Origin: Octopus sinensis
Taxonomy: Eukaryota
Direction of reading: 5' to 3'
Assembly: GCF_006345805.1 (NCBI RefSeq)
Contig: NC_042997.1
Location: 29,884,001 to 29,948,000, forward strand
DNA length: 64,000 nt
Positions 12,605 to 26,196 of this stretch are shown in pieces (position 1 is the first letter of the stretch; every line of letters begins with the position of its first letter). Position numbers and translations under genes: made by a program. Under the pieces are notes generated by a model. The model was not told the DNA's origin. It worked only from the letters and a program-made list of their open reading frames with translations, and made no database searches.

Positions 12605-13759
12605 TTTAATATGGGGTAGGAACACAGTTTGAATTCTACGAGCTATGGACTCCTACACAATTTTAATTGTTTCCAAAGGAATTTTTGTCCATTCTCCAGC
12701 TACAACTGTCTCCAGTTCTTGTAGTGATGTTGGCGGAGGATATCGGCTCATTACTTGCTTTTCTAAAATGTACTATAAATGTTCAAATATATTGAGGTCT
12801 GGGGACTGTGGAGGCCAGATAAGATGTTAAGTTCACTAGAATGTTCTTCCTACCATTCAGTAACAATTTTAACTGTATAAGGTAGTGCTGAAAGATTGTG
12901 TATTTCCCTCCGAGAACAGTTCTGCAAACATAGACTGAATTTGATCAGACAAAATTCTTAAATAATCTTGACTAAAATTCTACCATGAATGGAAACCAGT
13001 GGGCCATGTGTAACAGTTGTAAGAAGGCAGTATGGGTCAAATGATTCTTTTGGCTGTCTCCACGCGTATACTCGGCGTATACTCGATCACCGGTGGTCGG
13101 AAATAAGGTAAAGGATGACTCGTCCGAGAAAATAGCATTTTCCATTATTCTAGGGACCAATTCTGTAGGTTTTTACTCCACTCTAAACGCTTTGCAACGT
13201 TTGTTTTGAAAGTAGTGGCCTTCTGATTGCAGCCCTTCCGTGAAATCTGGCTTTGTGCAGCTCCGGGTGGCCATTTTTAGTGGAAACTGGTTCTCGAGGA
13301 AGCCATCAAGATCTGAAGTAATTTTGGGAGCTGTACTTTTGTGCTCCTTTCTGGCAATTCGTGTAAGAGTACGGCGGTTCCTTTCTGAAAGTTTTGGTTT
13401 TCTTCCGGAGTTTTGTTTCGACGAGGCGGTTTTTCCCTCTTTCTCAAAGGATGTCATTACTTACGAGACATTACTTATTGATACACCAAACATTTTGACT
13501 GTTTTCTTTATGCTAACGCCTGCCATATGAGTACCAACAATTTAACTTCTTTGAAAGTTCGATAGATCTGTCATTTTAATGAATTTTAATTACCTTTTTC
13601 TGATAATATCTGAAAAGAAACAGCAATTTTAGCAAAACACATTAAACAATACTAATATTAAATCAAAAACATAAGAATAAACAAGCTTTTGACGGTTTTA
13701 TAGATATTTCAAAATTATGATACTGTGATGCTAGATTTTTCCATTACTTTGTTCAACCC

Positions 13760-13765
<6 letters not shown>
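12605..13765 (-). mobile_element. Tc1-like DNA transposon remnant
   Basis: SGRKPKLSERNRRTL (HTH region), IFSDESSF, WPPQSPDLNIFEHL; terminal CAGGGGTTGAACAAAGTAATGG next to TA at about 13765; the other TIR was not recognised. Confidence 0.9.
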
Positions 13766-13815
<50 letters not shown>

Positions 13816-13838
13816 GTATGTATATATATATATATATA

Positions 13839-14296
13839 TACTAAGCAATAAAGGGTTTAGCAACGAATTGCCTTACCACATACCGAATTTAGAAATAGCA
13901 GTCAAAGGGTTATAGCTATTTCTTCTACTAAAAAGGGAGATCTCAGTAAACAGCAATTGGAAGGCAGACACAAACAGGTAAGAGAGAATGAATTGACTGC
14001 AATCTATCATACATTTTAAAGTTTTTTGTATGATAGATTGCAGTCAATTCATTCTCTCTTACCTGTTTGTGTCTGCCTTCCAATTGCTGTTTTTACTGAG
14101 ATCTCCCTTTTTAGTAGAAGAAATAGCTATAACCCTTTGACTGCTATTTCTAAATTCGGTATGTGGTAAGGCAATTCGTTGCTAAACCCTTTATTGCTTA
14201 GTATTACTTAAATTTTCCTCGAATGAGGCTTTTACATGCCGAAGACTACTTGGTGTAATTGATAATTATTCCAAATTAATTAATTTCACCCTTCAT
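13839..14296. mobile_element. Foldback element (about 175-bp near-perfect arms, 13839-14203) with 93-bp one-sided extension, in (TA)n
   Basis: Direct inverted-repeat match; second copy at 62776-63079. Confidence 0.9.
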
Positions 14297-14305
14297 TATT
14301 ACGGA

Positions 14306-14393
<88 letters not shown>

Positions 14394-15949
14394 AGAGAGA
14401 GAGAGAATGTTTATACACATTTTTAAACATATAGATGTATGTATATATGCATGAAATGCGTGTCTGTATGCAAACATATTCATAGATGAAAAACAATCAA
14501 TGTACCTTAAATACTGAAGATACATTCATTAAATACATTCACAGAAATTGCAGCTTAAACATTGATTTTTATAATGAAATCATGTTCAAAGAAAATAACA
14601 GCAGCAAGAAGCAACATATAGAAGTTTATTCCCATTAAGGAGACTTTATTTAGACCGTTGTTGATAATAAAATCGTATATCAGGTCCCGTGGAAGTCCAA
14701 TGTCAGTTCTGTTATTGATCGCAATTTTCTTCTGGGAGATAATATTCAGGCGTACCTTTAGGCCTATCTAAATTCTGATGTTCATGAAATTTACCTGCAG
14801 CTAATTAACTCAACTTCATACACAACTATATTGTAATCACTGTAACATCGATGGCGTGTACACTCCCTCTGACCGCCTAAAACCTTTTTAATTATCTGAA
14901 TTCGTAAGTGGTATACAATTACATTTCTCTAGAATTATCACTCAAGCAACGTTCCCACCACAACTTTCTTAATCAGAAACAAAATAGTAACTGCTTCCTA
15001 TAATTTTTCCTATAATTGGCTGGGGGCTTCCTATAATTTTTCTATAATTGGCAGGGCTTCAAAGGTTATAAACACAGAGCATACGTTTACATCTACATAG
15101 TAAAAACATTTTACTGCTCAACAATCGTACAAAATTTATTAATATTAGAACTTGTCAAACTTTCATTTTGTGGCTCTTAGGTCTTCAGAATACATACAAT
15201 TGTTCATCTTTGTGTAAAGCACTCATATCAAACGATAAAAAAAGCACTATGTGAGAATTGTTAGCATCTCATGGATAACAAACTAGAAACTTGGATATAG
15301 TAGATTCCCAAGAAGTCGGAACAATTAGGGTTTCCGAGACAACTTTCGCACGTTGCTACCAAGGGGAAGGGATCCTCTCAAAATGGAAGATTTAAGGTCC
15401 GAAAGAACATTAATTCTTCTATGGAGAAAATGGTATAACATAATACTGAATTTTTTTCCATTTTCTTCTTTTTCTTGTAGAATGGTACAAACATATATTA
15501 GAAACATGACTTAGGTATGGCGATATGATTATGAAAGCATATGATCTCAATACCACAACAGGTGAATTTTGGTAACACTTTTATTACTTGAGCATGAGAC
15601 TAACCTGTACACAATACAATTTAAATGAAGTAATGTTAAGCTTGAACATGAAAATTTTTTCATATGGGTTTTAATCTTCAAAAATATTTCATACCGCATT
15701 GAACATCAGTTTCCCCATCAATAACTGTTTCAATGCTCACTCTCATAAAATCTAGAAGCCAGGTGTGAGCTATCATAGACCTAATATTTTCTTGTGAAGT
15801 AGACTTGTTTGGAATTGTCTGCACTATTTTCACTTCAACCCATATAGCAACATCTTAAAATGTGTAGAAATTTATCGTTTCTACATTTTCAGTTTTTTTT
15901 TCTGAAGAATTTGCTTTATGTACTGGCAGTAAATGTAAATATTAGAATA

Positions 15950-16950
15950 TTACTTGCAAAGTTTTTAAAGTTAAAATCAGTAGGATACTGGCGTGCTAAT
16001 ATTTTCGCTTTCGTTTTCCTAGCTTTCATTCAAATCTTGCAGGATATTTCTGCAAGAAATCAAACTGTTCTTTCTACACTTAACATTGTAATACACAGTT
16101 ATACCTGTAATCACACTAATAAAATAGGAAATAGATTTTTTAAACGATGCCTTTCCTTGGAAAACCTCGTACGTAAGCCATTTTCATCACATTGGCAACA
16201 TGCGTTGGACCATCGTTGGAACCTGTCAAGCCACAATTCATAGAATTTTTGATTTCCATTTCGAAATCTTTCTCACTATATCAAACGATTCTACAGCTGT
16301 CTTGCATCTCTATCAAATTTTCAAAGAAACGTTCATTGTTAAGTGCATCTCTATTCAATTTGACATTTCTAGTTTTATTATTTTCACTCAAAAATATTTA
16401 TTGTAGTTAATTCCTTATTATTTAGAGCCATTGAAGGACCGCTCGGTTGAATAAACTCTATTGGGTGCCAACGCTGTGTAATTAAATTTCAGCAATATTA
16501 CCAACGATGAGACACAAACAAAGCAGTAAAGATATGCTAATGCTTCGTTTATTTTATAGATATTCTTGTTTGTTAAATTTTAAAGATTTTGTTAAAATTT
16601 AAAGATCTGGTAAGATGAGATGCAAAAGATTTGATGCTTCCAAGTTTGATTCTACACTAATCATAAGAATATGTTCTTGGATAACTGGTTCACTTCTAAA
16701 AGAACTTCTATGATGACTAAGAATACTCCATTGCGTCTATCACCGATTTAATGTAAATGTACACAAGGAAGTAAACCATCTGCCCCAGCCCTCAAAATGA
16801 CAACAATCTCTATCATACACATCATACATTCATTATCTCACTGCTTAGTGTCAAAATATTACTTCTAATAAAGTTGAAATATTAAACGAAGGACCTTTCC
16901 AGCTTCTCTACAAGCTAGAGTGCTTTATTTTTGGCGTCTCTTTTTCTTTG
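15950..16950 (-). mobile_element. Possible decayed hAT transposase C-terminal region
   Basis: LKNLFPILLV*LQV*LCITMLSVERT and DFNFKNFAS resemble the hAT dimerisation-domain pattern (LFPN...SVERSFS...NDFA); many stops. Confidence 0.45.
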
Positions 16951-16965
16951 AAGGAAATCACTATG

Positions 16966-17272
16966 GCAATTGCAGCGTGGAAGGTGTTTGTAAGCCATTT
17001 AAGAAACACACAAAAGCCGTTCGATTCACTTCAACATTTAAGTTTAATTTGTCAAAATATTTTCGGTCGCTATAAGACCGCGACCTGTTCACTGACAAGC
17101 GGTCTTATAGCGACGAAAATATTTCGACAAATTAAACTTAAATGTTGAAGTGAATCGAACGACTTTTGTGTGTTTCTTAAATGGCTTACAAACACCTTGC
17201 ATGCTGCAACTGTTTTCGTTCCAGCACACACGATCTCATATCAAATCACTTGCTATGCGAGTACATCTCCGT
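16966..17272. mobile_element. Foldback PLE-tail-like element with 11-bp TSD
   Basis: Arms about 16966-17082 and 17099-17215 plus right-side extension; TSD AAATCACTATG at 16955-16965 and 17273-17283; second family member at 53343-53545. Confidence 0.9.
17049..17098 (-). ncRNA. Type I minimal hammerhead ribozyme candidate with G3:C8 core variant
   Basis: UUGUCA-GUGAACA-GGUCGC-(9 nt)-GCGACC-GAA-AAUAUU-U-UGACAA: 6-bp stem I, 6-bp stem II, palindromic stem III. Confidence 0.75.
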
Positions 17273-17911
17273 AAATCACTATGAATATCGGCGAAAGAAA
17301 TTTACTCATTCATGTTATCCCAAGAAAAGATTTATGGTACAGCCGCGAAATAATTCAGGGAATGTCGGATATAGATTAAAATTCCGGTAATAAGTGTTTT
17401 GATGTGTAAACTCTTCCTGTGAAGCTTTATGTGAAACCCCAGGTCTTGATTATATAACACTCAATTTAGAAGTACAAACATTGAAGAAGAACGTCTGAAA
17501 TTGTTTTGAAATACTTTATTCAAATAATGTATGTTTGTTAAGTATTCAGCGTTTTTCATTTTTAGGCAACTTCAGTGAAAATAATTTCCTCCACACGCAC
17601 ACAAACACATATTTCCTTTCTTGATGTGCCTACAAGACTTGTTCACTCATTTTCTATATTTGTTGCTGTTGGTTGTGGTCGTTGTCGTAGAATGGGATTA
17701 AATATGGCTCGGTGCGTGGGTAAAGTAGAGCTGTTGAGGTTATAATATTCTGAAACCATTGTGACACATCTGAACCAATAAAGTTAATTTATTGTTCGTA
17801 ATACGTTACATTTCTCTACCAATTTTTCCCTAACTTTCTCTCTGTATGTATTCATACATATTCATGTATGTGTGTATTTGTAAATGTATGAACATATGTA
17901 CATATATCACG

Positions 17912-17964
<53 letters not shown>

Positions 17965-18739
17965 TACAATTCTGTAAATAATAATAATGTTTTTTTATGA
18001 ACTCAAAGCTTATAGCGATCATCGTGCAAATGATGAAAGAAAATAGTCTACTAATAGATCATATAAGACCTCGACAGAATAAAAAAAGCTTTCTCGTACA
18101 CGTGTGACTCGAACAAACGTCGCTTCGTTAACGCGACTAAGCCCGTTACCGATTACACCTGAGAATCAGCCAGCTCCTTTCTGTCAAATTTAAGAACTAT
18201 ATTAGTTCGTAGTTGTTTTTGTAAACAAACTTTACGTACTTTCGGTGCGAATGGTTTTGTATATATGTATACTGCATATACACCTATTTTCGAAACATTG
18301 TTTACAAAATAATAGCTGATCATTTGCGAAGGAGCGTGACTCGGGCAACACAAACACACACACACGCATTGCATACATGTGTTTTCTACGCATACATGTT
18401 CGTGTGTGCGTGTGACTGAAGACATTCACACATAAATACATATATAACAACCCCTACGAAATCTTAAAATCTGTTCACACCCTCCCTTTCTCCCCCACCC
18501 CTCTCTCTCCCTGTCTTTACACCGTCGCTTGAAGTGGACTTAGCTCATATTTGCAATTGGCGTATTTCTTCGACTTGAAAAATGTTTAACAGTTATGGCA
18601 CAATGTTATTTTTACTGGTATTCACTGCTGCCTTGGGAGAAAATAATTTGTCGAAAATACAGCTAGGATCGTAACGAATGTCCACCTAAAATTTGAGCGA
18701 CATGCATCCTAATTTGTGAACGTGCATAATTTACATTCA

Positions 18740-19060
<321 letters not shown>

Positions 19061-19829
19061 GATATGAATTTTGTGTGTATATCGGCGTACATTTGTATTG
19101 CTGCGTTTGCATATATGTATGAATACGTGTATTAATCTGACTATGTGCGCATTTATGATTAGCTTTCCTTGGGAAAGTCACACCTGAGTTATCAAGAGAT
19201 TTGTTGACAAGGAATATAGATTTATCAATGCTTTTTTTAGCAATGCTTCAGCGTTCAGATAATAGATAAGGTAAGATACATTGCATAATCGAGCGATGAC
19301 GTCAAAATAGCTATAAACAGACACCCTACGTTCAGAATTGTTAAATCATTGATGTTGCATTAGTTGTTGTCGATGTTCTGGCTACTTGACCCCATTTTTA
19401 TCTCCACTTGGCATTCCAAACATGTCGACCTCATACTTTTAAGGGAATTTATTACTATGCTTTCAAATATGACCTTGGAATAATAAAACTGCATCTGCGG
19501 TTTTACAGGATTTTATCTCTCCCTAAACACTCTCTTCACTAGATCTCTCACTCCCTACCTCTCTCCCTATGATATATACATCCATAAATATACATACACA
19601 CATATACATTCACACATATATAAGTGTATGGTGCATTATATATGATTGCGTGTATACATACATGTATAAGTGGGTGCCTACGTATCTCTGCATCATTGTT
19701 AAATGCTTATTTATGAAAACAAGGTTACAACATACAGATTGACAGCATAAAGTAATAAAGACGTTTAGTACATCGAGAAGTTCAGTATGACATAGTATGT
19801 CCCTTGTAAGGCATGACGCGGCTCCTCTT

Positions 19830-20040
19830 TGTACAACTCCGATGTTGAAGTATATTTACTTTGTCTTCGGTCCAGGGAACAGAGTTGTTATTATTTCAAT
19901 CTCTCCCAGTAGCAGAACTGTTTCAGTGACTGAGACATCTTGATGAAGCAATGATGAATTACCTCGAGTCCCGCTACTGCTATTACACTGTGGTGTGACC
20001 ATAGTTAAGCGTAGCATTCTAGCATTCCAGACAGTAGAGG
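19830..20040 (-). mobile_element. CR1-like LINE ORF2 C-terminal remnant
   Basis: LWSHHSV..GLEVIH..CYWERLK..LCSLDRRQSKY parallels the 54141-54764 ORF. Confidence 0.65.
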
Positions 20041-20091
20041 CCTAGTGTCGTTCATGGAACCAGCATAATTGCCTGTTCCCTGGGCATGTAT

Positions 20092-20121
<30 letters not shown>

Positions 20122-20122
<1 letters not shown>

Positions 20123-20420
20123 CACGTGACCGACCAGACCATCAGATGTTGTTACACATCGCTGGTCACAATGCGTTCGCATTATTTTAGCCTTCGAATG
20201 ACGCCACCCCACTGGCTAAGCGAGCAGGCCAATAGAAGAAAGAGTGGGAGAAAGAGTGGTGAAAGAGTACAGCAAGGATCACCCCCCCCCCTGCCGGAGC
20301 CTCGTGGAGCTTTTAGGTGTTTCGCTCAATAAACACTCACAACGCCCGGTCTGGGAATCGAATCCGCGAACCTGCGACCGCAAGTCCGCTGCCCTAACCA
20401 CTAGGCCATTGCGCCTCCAC
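20122..20420 (-). mobile_element. tRNA-derived SINE, family B head/body with an alternative tail
   Basis: About 20240-20420 matches 7005-7181; 20122-20235 is unrelated to the 6801-7000 tail. Confidence 0.85.
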
Positions 20421-20589
20421 ATATATATATATATATATCATTTATGTATGTATGTATATATGTATGTATATATGTATGTATGTATGTATGTATGGATGGA
20501 TGGATGGATGGATGGATGGATGGATGGATGGATGGATGGATGTATGCATACATGTATATTTAGTGAAATGGGGGTTCAGTAAAATGAAG

Positions 20590-20905
20590 TACTAATCATC
20601 TATTGACACGAATGTTTCTTCTGAGGCCTGCTAGTGGCTTAATTATTTCCCATCAACATCAGTAGGAGCAACATTGTGAAGCTCGTCGCGAATAGGCTGA
20701 TGGAAAAGCTCAGTTTTCTTGATGCTGGTGGTCAGACCAAAAGCCTTCGATGTAGGCGTGACGTTGTTTAGAATTCATTGCATGTCCTGAAGATTGTATG
20801 CTACAATTGCATAACCGTCTACGAAGAGCAGGTCTCGAACTGTCTACACTAAAGTCTTAGTTTTTCCGTTGAAGCGCTGTTGGTTGAACAAGCCACGACC
20901 AGTTC
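20590..20905 (-). mobile_element. RTE-clade LINE RT remnant
   Basis: YRTGRGLFNQQRF..KTK..VRDLLFVDGYA..KAFGLTTSIKKTEL. Confidence 0.85.
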
Positions 20906-20970
20906 TGTACTCAAATTTTATTCCTTTTTGAACACACTTGAACGTTGTTTCCAACATGACAAGAAATACA

Positions 20971-21010
<40 letters not shown>

Positions 21011-21130
21011 ATATATATATATAGGCAAAAATAAAAATTTGAAAGGTCGAGACCCTTTAAGCAAATATAAATGTGTGTGTCCGTAGAGAGAGAGTGTGAG
21101 AGAGAAAGAGAAAGAGACAGAAAAAAAGCA

Positions 21131-21295
21131 TTGGCGTGGCTGTATGGTAAGAAGCTTGCTTTCCAATCACATGGTTCCGTGTTCAGTCCCACTGCGTGGC
21201 ATCTTGGGCGAGTGTCTTCTACTATAGCATCGAGCAGACAAACATTAAGTGGATTTGCTAGATGGAATCTGAAAGAAGCTCGTCGTATGTGTGTG
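21131..21295 (+). mobile_element. Family E SINE 5' half
   Basis: GGCGTGGCTGTATGGTAAGAAGCTTGC..GTTCAGTCCCACTGCGTGG. Confidence 0.85.
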
Positions 21296-21583
21296 TGTAC
21301 ATATATACGTACATGTATGTATGTATATGCATATGTGTATACATATATATATAGGTATGTATATATATCATTTATGCACAAAGGTGCACTGAAGGTGCAC
21401 TTAGCTCTGGTTAACAGAAAATATAGAAGGATCAGTTAAGTTTTTATTCAATATATTCCACTCGCAGATGAAAACACTTATTGCAGCGGTCCTTCTAAGC
21501 GCTGTAAAAGAACTCGGAAGGTTGCGCCTCCAGCCATGCCCTTCGCGACACCCTTAAAGCTAGCATGTCTTCGTGTGTGTATA

Positions 21584-21640
21584 TACAGTAATCCCTCGAT
21601 TGTCGCGGGTGTTACGATCTAAACCCTCCCGGAGTAGAAA
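21584..21640 (+). mobile_element. Possible pogo/Tigger-like TIR fragment
   Basis: TA-CAGTAATCCCTCGATTGTCGCGG resembles Tigger-type termini; partner TIR not found. Confidence 0.35.
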
Positions 21641-21789
21641 CAGTACTGTATATTATTTATTATTATTTTCATAATTTGTATGCATTTATTTTTTATAAAT
21701 GCAAAACAACACGGCGGATTCGACGTGAGCTTAAATAATAACCAGTGATATGACGAAGGATTAAACTGCATGTATGTATATATATATAT

Positions 21790-21996
21790 CATTCAAAATG
21801 TGACCGCGTGTGTACCGTTGGCGATTTTTCTTCCTGACTTCCCTTCTCTGGATCTTTCCTTCTCATATGTTTCCGACGAAGAGCTCCGCTCGAAGCGTTA
21901 AACCCTCCTTCTTCCTTTCCTTCCAGAGCGTCCAATAATACTATATTTGTTCCACGTCCTAGCGTTGTTGTGTTTTCTCTTTGTGTTTTCATGTTT
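21790..21996 (+). mobile_element. PLE-tail-like fragment between (TA)n tracts, with a mutated HHR at 21869-21903
   Basis: GUUU-CCGACGA-A-GAGC-UCC-GCUC-GAA-GCGU-U-AAAC: stems I and II intact, U4C and A15.1G. Confidence 0.7.
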
Positions 21997-22009
21997 GGAT
22001 TAACTATAT

Positions 22010-22220
<211 letters not shown>

Positions 22221-23170
22221 GTTAATCAAATATATTCAATGAGAATATACTGAATTCTTTAATATGTGCTCTTGGTAGGGAAATATCTAAAGCCTTAAAG
22301 TACTTAGACATTTATTAAGAGCGATTGTATATGATATTTTAAAATAAGTGCAGGAAAATTACATCAAAAAATCATCACAACAGATATAAATTCAAAATAA
22401 TATTGTATTAATAGATAGATGTATAAATATATTAGATAAATGTATAGATATATATATTTATATATACCCAAATCATTATAGTAAGTTGTACTTCACTCAC
22501 ATCCTCATGTTTGTTATTTTTACTCCTATTCTTTTGATGCCCTTTTCAAAAAGGACAAACACAATGTACCTACTGTTAACTGTATCTTATATGTATTAGC
22601 CCTCCCAACCACTTAGACCCTCTAAAAAAGCCTAGAGGCACATTCATCGTCCAAACTTTATCTGCCCATTTCTACTGAACACTGAAAAGATGGAGATAGC
22701 ATGGAGGATTTCTTTGCCTCTTGGCAGAAACGGCCGTAAGGAACTAGCATCTACTGACAATCTGATCTTTTACTCTTTTCTGTCATATTAGTACATGTGT
22801 ATGCAATATATGGTTAATACATGTGTATGTATGTTTATCTAATACATTCTAATACGTTGGAATAAATAGACATACTAGAATGTCTACTGGCTGATGTATG
22901 TCGTTTTTATATCCTCTCCATTTTCTTATTTGCGGTATAAATTAAGGGTAAACCACTTTTTACCACCGCCCATATATAACACTCAATTGCGAGCTTGCCA
23001 CGCAATAGCTAGCACTTGGGTATGAATAATTGTGTACACTACCAGCAGTATATTGGATAGGTACTATCCCTTAGTTGGTTGATTTCCCAACCTCTAATGC
23101 ACAGGAATATATTTATATATACATCTGTTAATACAATATTATTTTGAAATTTTCCTGCATTTAGTTTATA

Positions 23171-23506
23171 GGGTAAAGACCCCCTTCGGTCATGAATGAC
23201 CATGGGATTGCACCTAGAAAGTTACCCTCCTAGACACAAGTCCGGGCAAGGTTGTTTATGGAAGACCAGCAGTCGCCCATGCATACCAGCCTCCCCTCTC
23301 CACACCACCAGTGTTATCCAAGGGAAAGACAAAGATCGATACAGCTTGGCACCAGTGACGTCGCAACTCATTTCTACAGCTGAGTGAACTGGAGCAACGT
23401 GAAATAAAGTGCCTTGCTCAAGAACACAACACGCAGCCCGGTCCGGGATTCGAGCTCACAACCTCACGATCGTAAGCTCGACGCTCTAACCACTGAGCCA
23501 TGCGCT
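23171..23506 (-). mobile_element. Family C SINE, full length
   Basis: Reverse complement of 9831-10162. Confidence 0.9.
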
Positions 23507-23538
<32 letters not shown>

Positions 23539-23559
23539 CATACATACATACATACATAC

Positions 23560-23653
<94 letters not shown>

Positions 23654-24038
23654 GTGTGGTAAGTAGCTTGTTTACCAACCACATGGTTCCGGGTTCAGTC
23701 CCACTGCGTTGCACCTTGGGCAAGTGTTTTCTGCTATAGCATCGGGCCGATAAAGTCTTGTGTGTAGATTTAGCAGACGGAAACTGAAAGAAGCCCGCCG
23801 TATATATGTATATATATATGCGTGTGTGTGTTTGTGTGTCTGTGTTTGTCCCCCTAGCATTGCTTGACAACCGATGCTGGTGTGTTTATGTCCCCGTTAC
23901 TTAGCGGTTCGGCAAAAACGACCGATAGGATAAGTACTGGGCTTACAAAAGAATAAGTCCCGGGGTCGAGTTTCTCGATTAAAGGCGGTGCTCCAGCATG
24001 GCCGCAGTCAAATGACTGAAACAAGTAAAAGAGTAAAA

Positions 24039-24040
<2 letters not shown>
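23654..24040 (+). mobile_element. Family E SINE with internal (TA/TG) tract and CR1-like 3' tail
   Basis: Matches copies at 30345-30695, 35995-36396 and 46883-47483; tail GGCGGTGCTCCAGCATGGCCGCAGTCAAATGACTGAAAC then (GTAAAAGA)n. Confidence 0.9.
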
Positions 24041-24102
<62 letters not shown>

Positions 24103-25069
24103 ATATATATATATGTATGTATATGTGTGTGTGTATATATATATGTATATATATATAACATGTATATATATATGTATGTATATGTGTGTGTGTATATATA
24201 TAATATATATATACGCACACATGCACATAGAGAGAGATTGAGGGAGAGAGAGAAGTGGTAGCAGTGACTCCCTTTTTGTCTTTTTCACAGCATATTGTAC
24301 TTTAATTTATAATGCTCCAATATATTTAGGGAGACCAATGACTTGTATATTATACTTGATATTGATATAATCAGTTTTTCAAACACTTTTTTGCATTTCC
24401 ATAATTTATCTTTTCACCATCTTATAGCAAAGCGCTAAAAATCTTATCTCAACCTTAGTAGCCTTCAATATCAGCTAGAAAGGAAACAAATCTAACGAAA
24501 ACAAGGAAAATTGTTAACAATTTTTTTTAATAAAATCTCATTTTTCCATTAGAGCCCAAAAACTTCCTGCTATAATTCTGAATATGGCGTGACAAGAATT
24601 TCTCATATAAACACACTGCCAATAAAATATTCAATATGATGTAGGAAAAAGGATTCGAAAAAGGATTCGATGTTCACTTTGCCAGTTACAGGCACTAATT
24701 TTCGCCAACACAATTCAAATTTTGAACCTGTTTATCTACCGCTCCAGCATGTTTTTGAAAGTCTACTAGAAAATTTGACAAGGGAACGAATATAAGGGTT
24801 TCTTTAAGGATAAAACGTGGGGAATCTGTTCTTTTAAGGCGTTCAGAAATGAATGGCTTAGAGTTATGGGGTAAGAGACGTGATGCTTAAATACATCCCG
24901 AATGAAAGATGTAGTAACGTGTTTTTTTTCAGGGGGGCAAAGATTGTCGTAGCTGTAGCACGCGGAGGAGATTTAGTGAGACAAATGTATATTGGTTTAA
25001 AGTGTATAATGGTGAACCAGTTCATTATTACTGCAGTCAGATAATCTGGTGATTATTCGATCATCCTTT

Positions 25070-25644
25070 GTTTTTGCTAAACTGCTAAATTACGGGAATC
25101 TAAGCAAACCAATACCTATTTCTTTACTACCCACTAGGGGCTAAATATAGAGAGGACAAACAAGGACAGACAAACGGATTAAGTCGATTATATCGACCCC
25201 AGTGCGTAGCTGGTACTTATTTAATCGACCCCGAAAGGATGAAAGGCAAAGTCGACCTCGGCGGAATTTGAACTCAGAACGTAGTAGCAGACGAAATACT
25301 ATTAAGCATTTCACCCGGCGTGCTAACGTTTCCGCCAGCTTGCCGCCTAAGCAAACCAATACCCGTGGTCAAGTGGTGGTGGCGTAAACAATAACAAGCT
25401 GAAAAACAAGCACATATAAAAACACCACACATGCACAAGCACGCACGCTCACATACATATGTGTATATGTGTGTGTGTGTGTGTGTGGGTGTATAGGTCT
25501 AGCGTAAGAAGTATATTTCCCAACATCATGTTTACGGGTTCAGTGCTCATATGTAGCATCTTGGACATGTGTCTTCTACAATAGCCCCGGGTCGACCAAA
25601 ACCTTGTATGTGGATTTGGTAGACAGACACAAACACACACACAT

Positions 25645-25689
<45 letters not shown>

Positions 25690-25845
25690 AGTATGTGCGT
25701 GCGTACGTGCGTACGTGTGCATGGGTGTGTGGTGTTTGTATATATGCGTGTTTTTCATCTTGTTATTGTTTACGCCACCACCACTTGATGGCCGGTATTG
25801 GTTTGTTTATATTCCCGTAATTTAGCGGCTGGGCGAAAACCCTTG
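25070..25845. repeat. Inverted duplication of a diverged family E SINE segment
   Basis: 25070-25445 (after removing the SINE A insert) is the reverse complement of about 25715-25845 and shares private variants. Confidence 0.75.
25117..25347 (-). mobile_element. Family A SINE with 16-bp TSD
   Basis: TSD TAAGCAAACCAATACC at 25101-25116 and 25348-25363. Confidence 0.9.
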
Positions 25846-26081
25846 AGCTATATTCTCCTGTATAACCGCAAAACTGTATCATACCAGCTTCGACGCAATA
25901 TTAAATCAAAAACTTATAATGATTTTTTAAAAATTGAGTCATGATTAGCGAAGCGAAACCGGTCGACTCTGTACATATTGTCATGGATGAAATAATCTTT
26001 ATCTACACAAACAAGATTTCTGTGCTTTTTCACCTTAAATCTTATTTAAATATATATAGATATATATATATAGAGAGAGAG

Positions 26082-26196
<115 letters not shown>

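Noticed and set aside
14085-14140. HHR-like half motif GAA-ATAGCTAT-A in the 13.8-kb foldback
   Set aside because: Palindromic stem III is suggestive, but the upstream CTGAGAT is one base short of the core and stem I does not pair; not called.
14215-14260. CTCGAATGA-GGC..GCC-GAAG resembling a hammerhead
   Set aside because: Core non-canonical, no stem III or stem I, and homologous modules in other families lack it.
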